Positions 19,656-29,550 are shown, counted from the stretch's first letter. The stretch: DNA of 64,000 bases from Candidatus Latescibacterota bacterium (GCA_965206595.1 OZ242214.1:5824001-5888000); one strand, 5' to 3'. The notes: generated by a model from the letters alone, not told the origin. Made by a program: numbers and translations.

Positions 19656-21707
19656 TTACCTGACCAGATTGATCCGGACGGCACCGGTGATGGTATTGCG
19701 CACTTGCAGGCGCACGATGTACAGTCCGCTGGCAAGCGTTCCTCCGAAAGTATCCCCACCTTCCAACGTTACTTCATGCATTCCCGCCGGAAGGTGGCTT
19801 GCGTCCAAAACCGCCACTAGCTGTCCCAAAAGATTGTAAACCTTCAAAAGTTTAGTCGCGCGGGCGTCCCGTTCATGGACGAAAAGGCGGATTTTCGTCC
19901 ATGAATTGAAGGGATTAGGGTAGTTGCCGAGGATGGCGGAGGCGGAGAGGGAATCCTCTTTCCCATTTAATTCTACAACAGAAGCAAAACCATCCTCATC
20001 TCCACTGTATTCATCTTCCTCTGCCTCCGCTACGTACGCTGTATAACGGCTGCGAATATTGTACGAAAGGCTCAGTTCGATCACCTGGTCTTTGAGTTCC
20101 CGGGTCTCGCCGTACACCTCGATCTGGCGCTCGAGCGCATCGATGAACTCCTTGGCCCACAGCTTCTCGATGGAAGGAAATTCCCTTTCGTCGCTGAAAT
20201 CCAAAGTGAAATCGAAGGTCACCAGACCTTCGGAGGAAAAACCTGCGAGACTGAAACTGGACGGGCCCGGTATTCTGTACCGGCCGGTGGTGAAAAAATA
20301 CGACCCCGAGTATGTGTCCGGGATTTTACGAGGGAGGATCTCGTACAGGTCCGCTCTTCCATACTCCATTACTGTATTCTTCAGGATGGGATTGCTGATG
20401 CGCTCGAATACACCCACCATGGCCTCCTCGAGACCGGAATCCCCGTCGAGATAGGTCACAAACCCGTAGTTCAATGCCGCGGTCATCTCCAACCGTGCCC
20501 GGTCCAGGTCGGTGCCGATGCCGATGGGGAAGATGCCGGCTCGATGCTCGTTCAATTTTTCGATCTCCCGCGGATCGAGGGGAGAGCGTCCGTCGGTGAA
20601 GACCAGGATGGCGTTGCTGAAATCTTCGCTGGAGATCTGGAGGAGACACTCCTTCAAGCCCTGGTCCAGACGCGAGCCGGCGGCTGTCTCTATCGCCATC
20701 AGGAAGTCCACCGCTGCGGCAACGTTGGCCCGGTCGGCGGCGACCGGGACCGGCTTCAACGACGACACCTCGTTGTTGAACAGGAGGATGTTGAAGCGGT
20801 CTTCGGGGCCGAGTTGCTCCAGGGATCTTGAAATCGCCCGGATGCTCTGATCCAACTTGGTACCGAACATGCGGTTGGAATTGGAAAGGAGGAAGAGCAC
20901 CTGCCTGGGCAGCACACTTCCTTCAACGGGGTGGTTCTCGGGCCGCAAAAAAAGGGCGAAGTGGCCGTCTGAAGTGGCGTTCGCCGCCGAGTAGAAATCG
21001 ACGCCTAGAGCGTCCTGTTCGACGGTGTAGAAGAACTCGAGGTCGCGGTTCGGATAACTCTTCGGCCCGGAGAACTCGATCTCGAGATCCCTCTTTCCTG
21101 AGTAAACCGTTCGGTACTCCGGATGCGTGGGCAGACCGTAATCCACGATATCGGAGTTCGAGCTCACGGTGAAGTTGAACTGCAAATGATCCAATGGCCG
21201 TTTTACGAAGTCCCTTGTATCCAATGGGTAGCGGTAACGGCATTGGCCGTTTCTGTAGTTGCAAAGTCCGATGTAGGTCAGTTGCACGCGCTGGATCTCT
21301 TGCGGCGCGATCCCCTCGATCCTGATGCGAATCCCGTTGCGGCCTAGATAGCGGTTCACGAGAGCAGCTGCCCCGCCTTCGCCGGTTCCCGGGTTCACCG
21401 CCTGGTCACGCACCCTGAGCACAGCCTCGAGCACCTCGCCGTCCCGCCAATACAGAACTTCCGTAGCCCTTGCGTCCGGTGGCAGTGGGAAGGAGTAAAC
21501 CGCGTCGGTTTCGCTGTGCCACTCGTTGACGAACTCCTGGTAGACCGAGGTGACGGCGACAACCCCGTGCATCTCTACTTCGACATGCGTTATCCGGTTG
21601 CGCAGGAAGTCATGCGGATAGTCCTGCTCCACAGGGAGCATCAACCCGTCGGCGCCGGCCAGCGAGGCCGCAAGGGCGACGGGCATGGCCGCAAAGAGTC
21701 TCGACAT
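19656..21707 (-). CDS. Secreted VIT + vWA domain protein with T9SS/FlgD-like C-terminal domain
   Basis: Signal peptide; VIT-like VYQEFVN..AVYSFPLPPDA; vWA DRFNILLFN, LVFTDG, IFPIGIG; tail GNYPNPFNS..VYNLLGQLV..LASGLYIVRL. Confidence 0.85.
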   Translation of the reverse strand: MSRLFAAMPVALAASLAGADGLMLPVEQDYPHDFLRNRITHVEVEMHGVVAVTSVYQEFVNEWHSETDAVYSFPLPPDARATEVLYWRDGEVLEAVLRVRDQAVNPGTGEGGAAALVNRYLGRNGIRIRIEGIAPQEIQRVQLTYIGLCNYRNGQCRYRYPLDTRDFVKRPLDHLQFNFTVSSNSDIVDYGLPTHPEYRTVYSGKRDLEIEFSGPKSYPNRDLEFFYTVEQDALGVDFYSAANATSDGHFALFLRPENHPVEGSVLPRQVLFLLSNSNRMFGTKLDQSIRAISRSLEQLGPEDRFNILLFNNEVSSLKPVPVAADRANVAAAVDFLMAIETAAGSRLDQGLKECLLQISSEDFSNAILVFTDGRSPLDPREIEKLNEHRAGIFPIGIGTDLDRARLEMTAALNYGFVTYLDGDSGLEEAMVGVFERISNPILKNTVMEYGRADLYEILPRKIPDTYSGSYFFTTGRYRIPGPSSFSLAGFSSEGLVTFDFTLDFSDEREFPSIEKLWAKEFIDALERQIEVYGETRELKDQVIELSLSYNIRSRYTAYVAEAEEDEYSGDEDGFASVVELNGKEDSLSASAILGNYPNPFNSWTKIRLFVHERDARATKLLKVYNLLGQLVAVLDASHLPAGMHEVTLEGGDTFGGTLASGLYIVRLQVRNTITGAVRINLVR

Positions 21708-21718
21708 TTGGGACTGGC

Positions 21719-24040
21719 CTATTTCAGGTAGAGGATGCGCGCCGTCTCGACCCGGACTTCCCCATCGGAGCCGACGAGTGACAATCGCACCAGGTACGGG
21801 CCTGTTGCGACAGTGCCGCGGGCGTTCCAGACGATCCTTTGTGAAGCTGTGCCCCGCAGACGGTACTGGGCCACCTCCTGACCCAGGAGGTTGTAGATGT
21901 GGAGTGCGCCACCGGTGTAGTCCCCGATATCGATGAGGAAGTTCACCTCGGAGTTGAACGGATTGGGGAAGAAACTCAGGGGTTTCGCCGTCGTTCCTGG
22001 AGACGGAGTCAGGTAGCTCAGTACTGCGATACCTCCGAGTCCGGCGTGCCGGATTTTCAGCTCGATCCGGTTTTCGTCGCCGTCCACTGCCGGTGAGCGG
22101 TAGTTGACGACAAACTTGCCGAAGACTTCAAAGCGGGAAATGTCCAGCAGGATGTCCCGGAAATTGCCGTATATGTCAAAATCGCGGCCACCGGTCGCTA
22201 CCGTGAAGGGCTCGTAGAAGGCCGAACGAAAAAAAGCGGGGCCGACGGAATGCACCGTGATCTCGTTGGCGAGAAGAGCGTCAATTACCTCGCTTCGGAC
22301 GAGAGGGGTCACGGAGTTCCTCTCGTGGTAGTCGGCATCAGTGATCCAGATGACCACGCGGCTGGCCTCCGGCCGGAACGGGAATCCAGCCGCTTCCATC
22401 AGTGCCTCGAGAGAATTTTCTGGTTGGTCGTCGCCGCCGTGGGCGAACTGATCGCCGACCAGAGACCGAAAAGCTTGAACGTCGCGGGTGAATGGATAGA
22501 CGTTCTCGATGGCGTCCAGGAACGTCACCATACCCAGACGGAAGTCGATCCCCCGATAGCTGAGGCTGTCGGCGAATTCGACGATGTGGTTCTTTACTCC
22601 GTTGATCTCGTCTGCCATGCTACCGGTCACGTCGAGAGCAAAGACGATGTCGGCCGCATCGACGCCGGAGGAGCGGTCTTTCTTCAGGGTGAACTCCCGC
22701 AGGCGCTGGTCGTTCTCGAACAGGAACAGGTTTTCCGGCGCCAGCCTCGTGATGAGGCGATCATCCGCCTCTTCCCTGACTTCGAAGGTCAGCCCCACTT
22801 CCGGGTAGTGGCTCAGATCGAGGCTATCCACCCGTACGACCAGGCCGGTGTCGGCTACCGGGGTCGCCGGAAGGAAAAAGTTGCGGCGCAGTTCGTCGAG
22901 GATCTCACCCCCCTCCGTGACTACAACGCCAACGTCGAAAATTCCATCCTCGTAAACCAGATTGGAACGCATGTCGAGCCGATGGTAGACCGGTTGTGCG
23001 TCGAGAGAGAGCGAGCGCTCGGACGGGACGGCGTCCAGCACCGTCGGCAGGTCGAGAGAGACCGTGGCGTTGACCTGTCGTCCGCTGTCGTTGACGATTT
23101 CCAGATAGCTTGTGAAATCGCGCGGAAACATCAGGTTGTCGGTCAGGACAAAAGAGGATGGCAGGTCCCAGCGCATAAAGACCGGTGTGTTGAAATCCGG
23201 GGGCCGGAGGTCCATAGCCATCCGGTACAGGCGGGTTTCACCCGGGGCTAGTTGCGTTTCTCCCCAGTACATCTTCAAAGCGAGATCGTAAAGCCGTTCT
23301 TCTGTTGCAGGTTGGTCTTCCGGCGCGTCCGTTCCGTGGAGGTTTGCCCAGTTTCCGGCGACGACGAGGTCCGGGGCCGGGTCCGGGAAAGAAAGGTCCA
23401 CTCCCAATCCCCTGGCGGCGCGATCGCGTTCCCACACAGTCAACCCCGCGGATAGATCGGGGGAGCGGAGACGGGCTCCGTGGCGCAGAGATCCGTTGCC
23501 GAGCGTCAGGTGTCCGTCCCCCCAACGGCCCAGCGCCGGATCGAGAGCAACGCCGACCCTGCAGGTGTGAGACACGTCGTCCAAATTGCCTATCTCGGCC
23601 TGGAGCAGGGCGCCGCGGTCCTCGTCGAGAGCCACGGTAAAGGTCACCATAACATCGCCCTCGGACCGCGCCTGGATCCGCAGCGTGTCTCCCGACTGCT
23701 CCGGGGTCAACGCATCGTTGCCGAAGTAATCCTCCAGCCGGTACCAGTTTCCATCGACGGAAAAAACCAGATGAGATGTCTTGGCATAGGGATGGCCGTA
23801 GGTAATGGCACAGCGGTCATCCAGGGGCGATTCCGAAAGGCCTGCGGCGGTACCCAGGGTGAAGTATCCCCCTGGCAGCATGGATGCTTCCATCCGGTCG
23901 TTGCGAATGTCGGCATAGTCAGGAGCACTGGCCTGGCCGGACGCTTTCGCGGCCCCGAAAATCAGGTCTAATGACGATTTGTCCTGCGCGATGGCTGGCA
24001 GCGCCAGGCATATTGCCGAAAGCGTGACAGCTTTTTTCAT
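21719..24040 (-). CDS. Secreted vWA domain protein with T9SS/FlgD-like C-terminal domain
   Basis: MKKAVTLSAICLALPAIA signal with AGGGAG RBS; MIDAS DIVFALDVTGSM, GGDDQPE, WITDA; tail FPNPFNS..IYNLLGQEV..TGPYLVRL. Confidence 0.85.
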   Translation of the reverse strand: MKKAVTLSAICLALPAIAQDKSSLDLIFGAAKASGQASAPDYADIRNDRMEASMLPGGYFTLGTAAGLSESPLDDRCAITYGHPYAKTSHLVFSVDGNWYRLEDYFGNDALTPEQSGDTLRIQARSEGDVMVTFTVALDEDRGALLQAEIGNLDDVSHTCRVGVALDPALGRWGDGHLTLGNGSLRHGARLRSPDLSAGLTVWERDRAARGLGVDLSFPDPAPDLVVAGNWANLHGTDAPEDQPATEERLYDLALKMYWGETQLAPGETRLYRMAMDLRPPDFNTPVFMRWDLPSSFVLTDNLMFPRDFTSYLEIVNDSGRQVNATVSLDLPTVLDAVPSERSLSLDAQPVYHRLDMRSNLVYEDGIFDVGVVVTEGGEILDELRRNFFLPATPVADTGLVVRVDSLDLSHYPEVGLTFEVREEADDRLITRLAPENLFLFENDQRLREFTLKKDRSSGVDAADIVFALDVTGSMADEINGVKNHIVEFADSLSYRGIDFRLGMVTFLDAIENVYPFTRDVQAFRSLVGDQFAHGGDDQPENSLEALMEAAGFPFRPEASRVVIWITDADYHERNSVTPLVRSEVIDALLANEITVHSVGPAFFRSAFYEPFTVATGGRDFDIYGNFRDILLDISRFEVFGKFVVNYRSPAVDGDENRIELKIRHAGLGGIAVLSYLTPSPGTTAKPLSFFPNPFNSEVNFLIDIGDYTGGALHIYNLLGQEVAQYRLRGTASQRIVWNARGTVATGPYLVRLSLVGSDGEVRVETARILYLK

Positions 24041-24144
24041 GGCACTCCCTTTCAGACCTTGGCAGAGGATGCGAACGCCAGGTCCGGGTTCGACTAACGG
24101 CCGCCGAATCACGATACTCCAAATTGTCGCCAGTACCAAAACCC

Positions 24145-24315
24145 GCGCGCACCATGCCGGTGGTGCTCGCCTCGGCCCAGGGAGGGATGGGTCAGTGGGC
24201 GTGGCCGCGCATCGCCGCGGTCTACGCGCTCGTGGTGACCCCGGGGATCCTCGCCTTCGCCGCGGCGCAGAGGCTGTTTTTCAGGGGGCTGATGGAAGGG
24301 GCGCTGAAGGCGTGA
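24145..24315 (+). pseudogene. 3' remnant of a MalG-like carbohydrate ABC permease
   Basis: ARTMPVVLA..W..IAAVYALVVTPGILAFAAAQRLFFRGLMEGALKA* parallels the C-terminus of permease 2241..3089; the 5' three quarters are absent. Confidence 0.8.
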
Positions 24316-24331
24316 ACGGCCGGCAGCGGGA

Positions 24332-24694
24332 CTAGATTTCGACGAAGACGCGGCCGTCCCGGAGGTACGCCGGGTAGGAGCGCACGCGCTCCCTGCCGGG
24401 ATCGGTGAGGGAGCGGCCGCTGGCGAGGTCGAATTCCCAGCCGTGCCAGGGGCAGCGGACGATCTCTCCCTGGCGGCCGTAGCGGATCTCCTCGCCCGGC
24501 TTGCAGGGCATCGCCGTGCCGGTCAGCACTCCGTCCGACAGGCGGGCGCCGCGGTGGGAGCAGATGTCGCGCAGGGCGAAGACGCGCTCCCCGTCGCGCA
24601 CGACCACGAGGGCGCGGCCGCCGACCTCGACCCGCTTCAGCGCCCCTGGCTCGAAGTCGCCGGCGGCGCCGACGTCAACCGCGGTGGAGGTCAT
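24332..24694 (-). CDS. Rieske (2Fe-2S) ferredoxin
   Basis: CSH...CPWHGWEFD motifs. Confidence 0.93.
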   Translation of the reverse strand: MTSTAVDVGAAGDFEPGALKRVEVGGRALVVVRDGERVFALRDICSHRGARLSDGVLTGTAMPCKPGEEIRYGRQGEIVRCPWHGWEFDLASGRSLTDPGRERVRSYPAYLRDGRVFVEI

Positions 24695-25781
24695 AGAACC
24701 GGGAGGCGTTGGCGGCCATGATCCGCTTCCTCAGGGGGCCGGGGACGACCGCGGGAATGGCGCGGTCCGGCGGGTCGAAATCCCAGTGCGGGTAATCGGT
24801 GGCGAACATCAGGAAGTCGTCGCTGCCGATCATGTCCATCAGCTGCAGGAGGTGCTTCGGGTTCGCCGGCTCTTCCATCGGCTGCGTCGTCGCTCCGAAG
24901 TGCTCGACGATGTACTCGCTGGGCAGCTTCGTCAGCCACGGCACCTCGTCGCGCAGGCCGCGGTAGTTCTTGTCCAGCCGCCACATCAGCCCCGGCAGCC
25001 AGGCGAATCCGCCCTCGACCAGTGCTACCCGCAGGGACGGGAACCGCTCGAACGTCCCCTCGCAGACCAGGCTCAGCACCTGGGCCTCGAACGCCTGCGA
25101 CATGGCGGTGTGGTCCTCAATGTAAAAGGAGGGCCAGCCGCAGGCGGTTATCGGGTTTTCGCCGCCGCGGCCCCCGAAGTGGATCCCCACCGGCAGGCCG
25201 GCGTCGCAGGCGGCCTCGAAGATCGGCAGGAACTCGCGCCTGCCGTAGGGGGCGTGGGAGCGCACCAGCAGCAGCACCTGCACGAAGCGCGGGTCCTCGG
25301 CGGCGCGGCGGATCTCCGCGGCCGCGGCCGCGGGGTCGCTGGTGTTGGCGACGATGGAGCCGCGCCAGCGCTCGTCCGCCTCGAGCCAGACCGCCACGGT
25401 CCACTCGTTCACCGCCCGCGCCAGGGCGTTGGCGAAGTCGAGGTTGTGCACCGCGGCCATTCCGTAGAGCGGGTTGAGGATGGCGGCCTCGATCCCCCAG
25501 CAGTCGAGCAGCTGCTCGCGGGCGAAGTCCGGATCGCTTCCCGGGGGGCCGCCGTTCGGCGGCCAGGCGTCCCGGCGCGAGGCGTTCTCGAACCCCTTGG
25601 GGTAGGTGGGCCCCGGCGGCCCCGTGAATCCCGACTGCTCGATGTAGGCTTTCCAGCGCGCCGACAAGTACGGATAGAAGTCGGCGATCGAACAGGGGGA
25701 GTTGTGAACGTCGCAGTCGATCAGCGACAGCGAGGTTCCGTTGCCTCCGATCGCGGCTGCCTTGGGGGCGGTTTCAGTCAT
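24675..25781 (-). CDS. Amidohydrolase_2 family protein, probable amidohydrolase-related dinuclear oxygenase
   Basis: IDCDVH, GIHFGG, VEGGFAW, TTQPMEEP, FATDYPHWDFD; overlaps the Rieske gene. Confidence 0.85.
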   Translation of the reverse strand: MTETAPKAAAIGGNGTSLSLIDCDVHNSPCSIADFYPYLSARWKAYIEQSGFTGPPGPTYPKGFENASRRDAWPPNGGPPGSDPDFAREQLLDCWGIEAAILNPLYGMAAVHNLDFANALARAVNEWTVAVWLEADERWRGSIVANTSDPAAAAAEIRRAAEDPRFVQVLLLVRSHAPYGRREFLPIFEAACDAGLPVGIHFGGRGGENPITACGWPSFYIEDHTAMSQAFEAQVLSLVCEGTFERFPSLRVALVEGGFAWLPGLMWRLDKNYRGLRDEVPWLTKLPSEYIVEHFGATTQPMEEPANPKHLLQLMDMIGSDDFLMFATDYPHWDFDPPDRAIPAVVPGPLRKRIMAANASRFYDLHRG

Positions 25782-26265
25782 TTCCGGTACCGTTTCCGTG
25801 AAGACGCTCGTAGTTGCCGCCGAAAAAAATCAGCGGTTCGCCGCCGCGCGATGCCGCGGCCAGCAGCTCGCCGACGAACATGTCGTGATCGCCGCCCGAG
25901 AGCACCTCGACGACCCTGCAATCGGCGTAGGCGAGGGCGTCGTCGAGGATCGGCGAACCGGTCTCCCCCGCCGTGCAGCTCAGATCGGAAAAATCCTTGG
26001 GGCCCTTTCTCGCGAACCGCCGCGACAGGGATTCGTGCTCCTGCTTGAGGACGTTGACGGCGAAGCACCGGCTCTCGAGCAGGGCGCTGTGCATGTGTGC
26101 GGTCTTGTCCACCGATACGACGATGAGGGGCGGGTCGAGGGAGAGGGACATCACCGCGTTGGCGGTCATGCCGCACACCTCGTCCCCGGTGCGGGTGGTC
26201 ACCACGGTCACCCCGGTGGCGAAGCGGCCCATCACCTGCCGCTGCAGCTCTGAGTCGACAGCCAT
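25774..26265 (-). CDS. Flavin reductase family protein (HpaC/RutF-like)
   Basis: MGRFATGVTVVT, SLSLDPPL, GGDHDMFVG. Confidence 0.92.
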   Translation of the reverse strand: MAVDSELQRQVMGRFATGVTVVTTRTGDEVCGMTANAVMSLSLDPPLIVVSVDKTAHMHSALLESRCFAVNVLKQEHESLSRRFARKGPKDFSDLSCTAGETGSPILDDALAYADCRVVEVLSGGDHDMFVGELLAAASRGGEPLIFFGGNYERLHGNGTGND

Positions 26266-26345
26266 CATCTGCTCCCGTTACGGCGTCCCGGCGAACCGGG
26301 CGGCAACATCGAGGGTTCGTCCCACACGTCAAGCACCCACCCGCC

Positions 26346-27287
26346 TCAGTTCCCCGAGCGCATCTCCCGGGTCTGCTTCGAAACCGTCTCGATCTGCTCC
26401 TCGTTCCACTCCTCCTGCTGCTGCAGCGCGTAGAGCGAGGTGTAGCCGCCCGACCAGTCGGGCGGAACCAGGCAGGGGCGCCCGTCATGGTGCGCCCACA
26501 GCGCCGGCCTGCCGCGCACGATCTGTCCTTCGTAGCGGCTCGGCAGCGGGTTGGCGGTATAGGTGAAGGCGTCGGCGGAGGAGTAGACGTTGAGCAGCAG
26601 CGGCCGGCCCTGGTCGGACAGGTTCGGCCGCGAGCCGTGGATGACGCGGCAGTTGTGGATGGTGACCGACCCGGCCGGCCCCGTGAGGTACTCGACCCCA
26701 CCGGTGTCGATGCCGGCGGCGTCCTTCTCGCTCAGGCAGCCGACCCAGTTGCCGTTGGAGTACTGGTTGTAGAGCCGACCGTTGTGGCTGCCCGCGATCG
26801 CCCCGAGCGGCCCCTGGTCGTCGCCGACGTCGTGCAGGTAGGTGCCAATCGTCAGGGGGCTGTAGTTGGTGTGCGGCCAGTAGGTGATGTCCTGGTGCCA
26901 CTTCACCTCCTCGCCGCCCCGAGCCCACTTGAAGTTGAGCTTCGAGTGGTGAAACTTGACGTCGGGACCGACGAGGTCGGCGGCGATGTCGGCGATGATC
27001 GACTGCGAGGCGAACTCCCAGTAGGCCGGGAGGTGCTCGACCGGGCTGGTCAGGCGCCGCAGGCGCGGATCCCCGGCGGTGTGCCCCGGCTCGAGGTCGA
27101 AGATGGCGTCGGACTTCGTGAGGGAGCGGCTGCGGTCGACCATCTCGGCGGTTACGGCGATGAGCCGCTCGACCCATTCGTCCGGAACGACGCGCTCGAC
27201 GAGCAGGTAGCCTTTGTCGAAGTAGAAACGGCGCTGCTCGTCGCTGAGAACAACAGGCGGGTGCGAGAGGATCTCTTCGGGAGTCAT
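26346..27287 (-). CDS. Phytanoyl-CoA dioxygenase (PhyH) family Fe/2OG enzyme
   Basis: WHQD, AIAGSH, IHNCRVIHGSRPN. Confidence 0.92.
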   Translation of the reverse strand: MTPEEILSHPPVVLSDEQRRFYFDKGYLLVERVVPDEWVERLIAVTAEMVDRSRSLTKSDAIFDLEPGHTAGDPRLRRLTSPVEHLPAYWEFASQSIIADIAADLVGPDVKFHHSKLNFKWARGGEEVKWHQDITYWPHTNYSPLTIGTYLHDVGDDQGPLGAIAGSHNGRLYNQYSNGNWVGCLSEKDAAGIDTGGVEYLTGPAGSVTIHNCRVIHGSRPNLSDQGRPLLLNVYSSADAFTYTANPLPSRYEGQIVRGRPALWAHHDGRPCLVPPDWSGGYTSLYALQQQEEWNEEQIETVSKQTREMRSGN

Positions 27288-27417
27288 GGTCGTTCTCCTC
27301 GTTTGCTGCCCCGGAAAGGTGGGCGAAGTGTGAATGCCCAGGCCGGCCTGGGGATCTTCAACTGGCTTTCATGCGGCCGGATCCGCAAGGCATCGAAGGG
27401 ACTTCATCCGGTCCGGT

Positions 27418-28341
27418 TCAGGGGACGTACTCGTGCAGGTCGTGGATCCACTTGTGCCCCCCGCCCGGAAGCGCGTAGGCCCCTCCCATGGCGAACAGCC
27501 TGTCGCCGGCGGTGCAGGCGTCGAGCCAGGCCTTGCCGACCGGCATCGGCTCGGCGACGGTCCAGGAGTCGCGGGCGAAGTCGTAGATCTCGTTGGAAGC
27601 GGTGTACCTGGGATCGCGGCCCCCGAAGGTGTACATGCAGCCGTCGAGGAGGGCGACCCCCTGGGATTCGCGTCCGGTCGGCTGCGGGGCGAGCGGCTCC
27701 CACTTCCCCACCGCCGGGTCGAGAACGTACTGCTCGTCGCGAAACTGGTTGTCCGGGTCCTTGTCGGTGCAGCCGCCGAAGACATGGATCCTGCCTTCGT
27801 GGGCGGCCACCCCCGGCCCCTGCAGCGGCCGCGGCAGGGAGGGGCCGTCCGACCATTCGGCCGTCTGCGGATCGTAGACCTCGACGCGGTCGACGATGCG
27901 CTGGTCTTGCGGGTCCATGGTGTTGCCCCCGATCACCCAGATCTTCCCTGCGCAGGCGACGACCGAGACGCCTGCCCGGTGGCCCCTCGGCATCGGCTCG
28001 AGAACCGACCACTGCTGGGTGCGGACGTCGAGAACTTCGAGGCAGTCGCGCGAGATGAAGTGGTAGTCGAGGCCGGTGCGGACGCGCATTTCGGAGGTCT
28101 GTATCGTCTTGCCGCCGGCGACGTAGATCCTGCCGTCGAGAAGGTCGGCGCCGAGCCAGCCGCGGGCGGTGGGGATCGGAGGCCCCTGTATCCAGACGTC
28201 GTTTTCGACGTCGTACACCTCGACCACGTGCAGGGTGAGGTCGTCGGCGCCGGAGATCGCGTAGATCGATCCGTTGACGGCGACGGACTGCAGGTCGTGC
28301 CGCGGCGTCGGCATCGACCGTCGTTCAAGCCACTGTCCCAT
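27418..28341 (-). CDS. Kelch repeat beta-propeller protein
   Basis: Six repeats of the type P.PR...IYVAGG...VEVYD....W; no signal peptide. Confidence 0.9.
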   Translation of the reverse strand: MGQWLERRSMPTPRHDLQSVAVNGSIYAISGADDLTLHVVEVYDVENDVWIQGPPIPTARGWLGADLLDGRIYVAGGKTIQTSEMRVRTGLDYHFISRDCLEVLDVRTQQWSVLEPMPRGHRAGVSVVACAGKIWVIGGNTMDPQDQRIVDRVEVYDPQTAEWSDGPSLPRPLQGPGVAAHEGRIHVFGGCTDKDPDNQFRDEQYVLDPAVGKWEPLAPQPTGRESQGVALLDGCMYTFGGRDPRYTASNEIYDFARDSWTVAEPMPVGKAWLDACTAGDRLFAMGGAYALPGGGHKWIHDLHEYVP

Positions 28342-28678
28342 TGATATGTCCTCGGTTGGTAATTGGGTTTCAGGATCAGGCTGTCTCAGGCCGGGAGAAT
28401 AAACGCAATGTCGGGGGGGACGTCACCATCGGGGAGGGCTGTGGATGCCCAAAAAAACCGGGGTTGACGGAGGGGATTTCGAGTGGGGCAGGGGAGATGA
28501 TTTGTCAGCATCTCAGTCCTGCAGTGGTGCCTTGATCCGACCCCAAGTGATCGACTCGACAACCGAGCCTGCACCGGCGCTCGCCCGCAATCGCGCCCGG
28601 TACCCGAAGCGCGTTTCTGCCGGATCCTGGCACGCGGCCGTCGCCGACCGCGTGCCGTCGCCGCGCCTGCGGCCGGCC

Positions 28679-29524
28679 CTATGGGTGCAGCGCCAACTCC
28701 CGGGCGGTTGCGTATGTCAGCTGCGCCAGCTCGGCCGCCGATTCCCCCTGCCGGGGGGTGATCACCTCGAAGGTCCAGAGGCCCCGGTAGCCGACCTCGC
28801 GCAGGGCTTCGCGGATCGCCGGCCAGTCGAGGTCCCCCTGCAGCGGGGCCCAGTGGTTGTCCTGCGGATCCTCGCCGTCGACGTCCTGCAGATGGGTGCC
28901 CCACAGGCGCTCGCCCGCGGTCCTGATTTCCCCGGCAGGGTCGTTGCCCACAGTCCAGGCGTGGCCGGTGTCGACGACCAGGCCCACTGCCGCCTCCGGG
29001 TAGTCGCCGACGAGGCCGCGCAGCCCGGCCATGTTCAGGAAGGGGTAGTGGCAGTGGTAGGGCAGGTTCTCCAGCAGCATCCGCACCCCCGACTCGAGCG
29101 CCACCGGCACCAGGTCGTCGAGGGAGCGCCGCGCCGCGTCCGACATGATCCCGGTCAGCTCCGGGCGTTCCGGATCCTCGACGAATCTCGGATTCGGCAC
29201 CGGGTGGATGACCATGCCGGCGGCGCCGATGGCCCCCGACAGGCGCAGGAACTCGCCGAGCAGCGCCGCCTTCTCCCGCCGCCAGTCCTCCTCGGGGGCG
29301 GCGAGCACGTTGCGCATCATCGGCGCGTGCACGGTGCCGGCGCGCAGGCCGGACTCCTCGATCCGCGCTTGCAGCTGCTCGAGCTCCCTGCCGGTGAGAA
29401 CCCGTTCGGGGTCTCCTTCCAGCGAGGAGATCTCGACGTGGGAATACCCTGCCGCGGCGATCTCTTCGAGAGCCTTCGCGAGCGGCTGGTCCTTGAATCC
29501 TGCGGTAGCGTAGCTGATCTGCAT
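28679..29524 (-). CDS. Sugar phosphate isomerase/epimerase (AP endonuclease 2 TIM barrel)
   Basis: LLENL, DTGH, THLQD, GDLDW..GYRG..TFEV. Confidence 0.88.
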   Translation of the reverse strand: MQISYATAGFKDQPLAKALEEIAAAGYSHVEISSLEGDPERVLTGRELEQLQARIEESGLRAGTVHAPMMRNVLAAPEEDWRREKAALLGEFLRLSGAIGAAGMVIHPVPNPRFVEDPERPELTGIMSDAARRSLDDLVPVALESGVRMLLENLPYHCHYPFLNMAGLRGLVGDYPEAAVGLVVDTGHAWTVGNDPAGEIRTAGERLWGTHLQDVDGEDPQDNHWAPLQGDLDWPAIREALREVGYRGLWTFEVITPRQGESAAELAQLTYATARELALHP

Positions 29525-29550
29525 CGGTCCGGTCCTCCTTAGGGAATCGG

